From an uncultured virus (IMG/VR IMGVR_UViG_3300031555_006527) (taxonomy: Duplodnaviria; Heunggongvirae; Uroviricota; Caudoviricetes): 20,000 nucleotides of DNA. Below the pieces are notes generated by a model, which saw only the letters and a list, made by a program, of their open reading frames with translations, was not told the DNA's origin and ran no database searches. The stretch lies in IMG/VR virus record IMGVR_UViG_3300031555_006527. One strand, written 5' to 3'. The first letter of the stretch is position 1, and the number at the start of each line of letters is the position of its first letter. Shown here piece after piece: positions 16,163 to 20,000 of this stretch. The position numbers were made by a program, and so were the translations under genes.

Positions 16163-16167
16163 GGATT

Positions 16168-16199
16168 CCCGCCATCTTAAACCAAAAAATAGCTAATAG
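16168..16199 (+). promoter_or_regulatory. Conserved 32-bp motif, copy 3
   Basis: cccgccatcttaaaccaaaaaatagctaatag, 5 nt after the ATPase stop codon. Confidence 0.7.
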
Positions 16200-16315
16200 A
16201 CGTACCTTATATTTGTTGTTCTAAACAAAAAAAAGGAGGGGATTCCATTGGATTAAGATAGTTTTTTATAAGTCAAAAAAATTGTTGTTTGTTGATAAGA
16301 AAGGAAAAATAAAAT

Positions 16316-17506
16316 ATGGCATATGAATCTGATTTCCAATTAAGCGATGATTTATTACTAACCGGAGTCGAACAGTTTGAAAAATTTTATTCCCAGTTTA
16401 CTGGAATGGAGTGTGACCTTGCTCAATTAGCAGAAAAAATAAAAAATAACGAAACAGATATTTATTATTTTGATAATAAGTGCAAACGAGTAACTAAAAA
16501 AGACGCAAAATATGCGTGGATTGATTTAAAGTGTAATAATAGCAACGGAAAGCCTGTTTTCTTATGTTTGATGAAACATTTTGGCGTATTTGAAGGTCAT
16601 TTTGTCGCAGAAGGCAGTTATCTTATCTTAAGAAACTCGGATTTCGAAGCAAATAAGGAAGAATTCCAGTTAAATGGTTTTAATTTTTTAAGAAAATATA
16701 AAGATAACTGTTTAGATGAGTTGCCAGTAAGTGAAAATACTTCGAACGAATCTGTACAAGTTCGTGATGCTGGAGATATAGCCGAACAGTTAAAAGAGTT
16801 GTTATTATTAAATAATTGGGAATCTCCAAACGGTCTTCGTAGATATTTGTTAATCTTAAGCAATCAAATTAAGTACTATGTCAACAACAAGATGACAGAT
16901 TACTATGTTGTCAATAATATTAAATCGGTAGTAATTAACATTGGTTTATTAAATCGATTTGGCGGATATCTCCATGTTATGTATCGTTATCATGTTACAG
17001 ATAACTGTTATTATCCGTTCAAAATCATTTTAAGTAAAACAACTTACACAGAACATGGTTTTACTATGGAAGATGCAGCAAAAGAATTGAAACCAATTTC
17101 TTTATTAGATAACCGTTTTGCATCATTCTCCACAAATCCAAAATTGTATGATGCAAGCTATCAGAGTTTAAGTCATTGTGTTGATTCCAGAAGAGAAAGA
17201 TTTCCGGAAAATATTGCAGAAATTTCTGATTTCGAATTAGCCAGAAAGATTTCTCAGGAATTAGATACAGGTCTTAGTATTCATCGTTGTGGTGGTTCTT
17301 ATGCAAAAGCAATTTATAAAGCAAAAGAAGATGAATTACATTGGGTTCTGCCACTACATGTCAATGTAGATATCAATCAGACTCCAGAATTAGTCATGGT
17401 TATTTCCAAACGTAAAGATTTCTATGATATTAGAACTATTTTACCATATGATGAAGAAGTAAGAGATTCTATCAGAGCTGTTACTCCGTATGCAAATCTT
17501 TGGTAA
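16316..17506 (+). CDS. DUF3825-like protein
   Basis: C-terminal two thirds has W...LRRYL...INIGL...H..SRRERFP...WVLPL...LV...Y.IRTIL...IRA, resembling DUF3825; AAAGGA RBS. Confidence 0.6.
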   Translation: MAYESDFQLSDDLLLTGVEQFEKFYSQFTGMECDLAQLAEKIKNNETDIYYFDNKCKRVTKKDAKYAWIDLKCNNSNGKPVFLCLMKHFGVFEGHFVAEGSYLILRNSDFEANKEEFQLNGFNFLRKYKDNCLDELPVSENTSNESVQVRDAGDIAEQLKELLLLNNWESPNGLRRYLLILSNQIKYYVNNKMTDYYVVNNIKSVVINIGLLNRFGGYLHVMYRYHVTDNCYYPFKIILSKTTYTEHGFTMEDAAKELKPISLLDNRFASFSTNPKLYDASYQSLSHCVDSRRERFPENIAEISDFELARKISQELDTGLSIHRCGGSYAKAIYKAKEDELHWVLPLHVNVDINQTPELVMVISKRKDFYDIRTILPYDEEVRDSIRAVTPYANLW

Positions 17507-17545
17507 TCTATCTAATTTAAACCCTAAATATATTTTTTTAGAATT

Positions 17546-17571
17546 AGTCTCTGTTTTAACAGAGACTTTTT
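17546..17571 (+). terminator. Intrinsic terminator
   Basis: agtctctgt-ttta-acagagact followed by tttt; stem extendable by tttagaa/ttctaaa. Confidence 0.85.
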
Positions 17572-17579
17572 CTAAACTC

Positions 17580-17611
17580 TCCGACATCTTAAACCAAAAA
17601 GTAGCTAATAA
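17580..17611 (+). promoter_or_regulatory. Conserved 32-bp motif, copy 4
   Basis: tccgacatcttaaaccaaaaagtagctaataa; 49 nt upstream of ATG 17661. Confidence 0.75.
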
Positions 17612-17660
17612 GTGTAAACAACTATAAATAATTATAATTTTCTAAAGGAGGCTCCCTCAT

Positions 17661-18551
17661 ATGAATATCCAGAGTTTAAGCATATGTGTTCCGGCAAGTC
17701 GTTGTATCAATGATTGTGAATTTTGTTGTAGCAAAATGCATGGTGGAGATTATAAAGATAGATTTACACCGCTTTCTACAACTATGAGTTATATTAAAGA
17801 CATGAAGAAAAGACTCCAGTATGCCAGAGATAATGGTTGTAATACTTTAATGCTTACCGGAAATAATGAACCTCAGCAAAATAAGGCATTTTTAAGAACA
17901 TTAGGAGTTGTTAATCAGTCTTTACAGGACCCATTTCTCAATATTGAAATCCAAACATCTGGAGCTTTTATTGATGAAGACATGTTAGATTTCTTAAAAG
18001 CGATTGGTGTTACTACAATTGCTATTTCGGTTGCCAGTCTAGACAATCCAAAAACTAACCAAGACCTTATTAAGACTCCGGACTACAATTTATACTTATT
18101 ACCACTATGCCAGAATATTAAAAAAAGAAATATGAATCTTCGGATTTGTCTCAATATGAATGACCATATGGTTTGTACTCTTCGTGATAAAGAACATGCC
18201 TTAGCAGATATTATAGGCATTTGTAGAAAACTTGGCGCTGACCAGCTTACTTGCAGAGCTTTATGGACTTCCGAAGATGGTACACCTCAGGCAGAATGGA
18301 TTGCAAATAATGTTACCAATCTGACTCATGATTTTATCCAGTATTTTAAATTACAGGTAAAAGAACATGGTAAATATTTAGATACTTTAGAATATGGTGC
18401 TTGTAGATACGATTTCGAAGGCTTTTCTACAGTGATTGATGAAGATTCCATGGCACAGGAAGCACATAAAGAAGAAGTTAAATATCTTATTTTAAGACCG
18501 GATGGTCATTTATATAGCAAATGGGATACAAAAGCTTCTCTTATCTTTTAA
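17661..18551 (+). CDS. Radical SAM protein
   Basis: CxxxCxxC motif (CINDCEFC) near the N-terminus, LMLTGNNEP and EIQTSG motifs; AAGGAGG RBS. Confidence 0.85.
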   Translation: MNIQSLSICVPASRCINDCEFCCSKMHGGDYKDRFTPLSTTMSYIKDMKKRLQYARDNGCNTLMLTGNNEPQQNKAFLRTLGVVNQSLQDPFLNIEIQTSGAFIDEDMLDFLKAIGVTTIAISVASLDNPKTNQDLIKTPDYNLYLLPLCQNIKKRNMNLRICLNMNDHMVCTLRDKEHALADIIGICRKLGADQLTCRALWTSEDGTPQAEWIANNVTNLTHDFIQYFKLQVKEHGKYLDTLEYGACRYDFEGFSTVIDEDSMAQEAHKEEVKYLILRPDGHLYSKWDTKASLIF

Positions 18552-18593
18552 ACACAGCAAAATTTTACAAATGAATTATAAAGGAGAGTTCTT

Positions 18594-19802
18594 ATGAAAT
18601 TACATCCAATTATCACAAGTTTATTAGAAAATGACCTCTATAAATTTAGTATGGGGCAGGCAATTTATCATCAGTTTCCTACATATGAAACTGGTTGGAC
18701 CTTCAAATGCCGGAATGAAAATGTCTTTTTTACTGCCGAAATGGTGGAGGAAATTAAAGAACAGATTAAGGCTTACTGTGAGCTCAGATTCAAGGAAGAT
18801 GAATTGGAGTTCCTTGCGAGATTCAAGTGGATGAAGCGTTCTTATATAAACTTTTTAAGATTATGGCATCCTCGTTATGAAGACTTCACTATTACAAATG
18901 AAGGAGATAAGGGACTTAGCATTGAGACTTATGGTACATGGCTTAATACTTCTATGTATGAAGTCCCAGTGTTAGCAATCGTAAATGAGGTATACTTCCG
19001 TATGGCTCATGATTATACTATGTTGTTACATAGTGCTAAGGAAAAACTTGATGAAAAGTTATCTTGGGTTGGCCGAGGTGGTAAGTATTGCCTTTCCAAT
19101 TTCAGTGAATTTGGTTTGCGTAGAAGGTTGTCTGCTGAAGCACAGGAGATGGTTGTTAAGGCTTTAGCTGAAACTCAGTATGCTTGCTCCACTTTTATTG
19201 GAACGAGTAATGTGTATCTTGCTAAGAAATTTGGATTAACCCCTGTTGGCACCATGGCACACGAATGGATTATGTGCGTAGGTCAGGGAAATCCAAAGCA
19301 CAATCCAGCTTATTCTAACCACTATGCTATGAAGGCTTGGATTAAAGAATATGGTACTAAGAACGGAATTGCCTTAACCGACACCATTGGCTCTGATTTA
19401 TTCTTAAGAGATTTTGACGATGAAATTGCTACTTTATTCTCTGGTGTGAGACATGACAGTGGAGACCCTATTGAATGGGGAGAAAAGTTTATCAAAGCTT
19501 ATGAAGAATTAGGAATTAACCCTAAGACCAAGACCCTGTTGTTCTCTGATAGCTTAGATTTTGAAAAAGCAGACACCTTGTTCCGTTATTTTAATCCAAA
19601 AATTAACGTAGCATTTGGTATTGGTACCTATTTGAGCAATGATACTTGTGTAAAACCTCTTAACATCGTTATGAAGGTTACGACATGTAATGGTCGAGAT
19701 GTTGCGAAAATCAGTGACGCTCCGGGGAAAGGTATGTGCAAGAACCCAGATTATGTAGACTATTTACAGCGTAGTATTAATTGGAGATTAGAGCACGAAT
19801 AA
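18594..19802 (+). CDS. pncB: Nicotinate phosphoribosyltransferase
   Basis: SLLENDLYKFSM, EFGLRRR, GTSNV, GTMAHEW (phospho-accepting His), LTDT, RHDSGDP, FSDSL, FGIGT, NIVMK, KISDAPGK. Confidence 0.95.
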   Translation: MKLHPIITSLLENDLYKFSMGQAIYHQFPTYETGWTFKCRNENVFFTAEMVEEIKEQIKAYCELRFKEDELEFLARFKWMKRSYINFLRLWHPRYEDFTITNEGDKGLSIETYGTWLNTSMYEVPVLAIVNEVYFRMAHDYTMLLHSAKEKLDEKLSWVGRGGKYCLSNFSEFGLRRRLSAEAQEMVVKALAETQYACSTFIGTSNVYLAKKFGLTPVGTMAHEWIMCVGQGNPKHNPAYSNHYAMKAWIKEYGTKNGIALTDTIGSDLFLRDFDDEIATLFSGVRHDSGDPIEWGEKFIKAYEELGINPKTKTLLFSDSLDFEKADTLFRYFNPKINVAFGIGTYLSNDTCVKPLNIVMKVTTCNGRDVAKISDAPGKGMCKNPDYVDYLQRSINWRLEHE

Positions 19803-19863
19803 GTGCTCTAAAACTCCTTACTTCTCCCCACAATAAAGTATATAAAATTAGGAGATTATGATT

Positions 19864-20000
19864 ATGAGTGATGTAAAAAATATTTTAACGGCAGGATGTC
19901 TCTTTATAATTGGAACTTTTGTACTTCTTCTTTGTTTCAGTGGGATAAACGCTAAAACACTTTCAGAATGTGAAACGCAGCCCGGAGTAGAATTAACTAT
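19864..20000 (+). CDS. 5' end of a secreted or membrane-anchored protein (partial)
   Basis: AGGAG RBS; MSDVKNILTAGCLFIIGTFVLLLCFSGINAKTLSECETQPGVELT... has a hydrophobic signal/TM segment; open to the window end. Confidence 0.7.
   Translation, partial: MSDVKNILTAGCLFIIGTFVLLLCFSGINAKTLSECETQPGVELT

Noticed and set aside
16226..16260. Strong SD-like AAGGAGGG in the leader of the DUF3825-like gene
   Set aside because: Followed only by TTG GAT TAA; no credible ORF
2013..16863. Minus-strand ORFs in the track (2013, 4009, 4172, 7142, 7712, 8207, 8320, 9454, 9546, 12634, 15098, 15462, 16618)
   Set aside because: All lie antisense to longer + strand genes with good RBSs and have no recognisable motifs; shadow ORFs
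14122..17611. 32-bp repeats as a CRISPR array
   Set aside because: Copies are 0.6-1.4 kb apart, separated by whole genes, degenerate, and no cas genes are present
2251..19167. Alternative-frame + strand ORFs (2251, 2897, 6689, 8751, 15126, 18631, 18985)
   Set aside because: Nested in or overlapping better-supported genes, with atypical composition
1..20000. Definite assignment as prophage versus conjugative element; tRNA/rRNA genes
   Set aside because: No hallmark structural, integrase, relaxase or T4SS gene in the window; no tRNA- or rRNA-like sequence was recognised in the short intergenic spaces

Overview
AT-rich, densely coding window with all credible genes on the + strand and Firmicutes-type ribosome-binding sites (AAGGAG/GGAGG). 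It looks like an accessory region of a large mobile element (phage, conjugative element or large plasmid), but no structural, integrase, replication or conjugation gene is present to say which. Bases 1-14083 form one tightly packed run of 28 mostly small ORFs (YopX-like, NadR/Ttd14-AAA+CYTH, DUF488, R2K ATP-grasp and many mosaic hypotheticals), closed by an intrinsic terminator. The main signal is that 20 of the first 27 otherwise diverse proteins end in one of two short C-terminal tags: hydrophobic-x-Arg (15, e.g. FSR, LSR, FYR) or [L/M]-T-M (5). The tags usually follow an acidic/polar linker and use varying synonymous codons, which suggests a protein-level sorting, export or degradation signal. 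Bases 14122-20000 are organised as short units, four of which start with a conserved 32-bp motif with CCGACA-N17-GCTAAT promoter geometry. These units encode a ClpX-like AAA+ ATPase (GFVG pore loop, LGF loop), a DUF3825-like protein, a radical SAM protein and nicotinate phosphoribosyltransferase (pncB). All family calls come from motif recognition by eye, not database searches.
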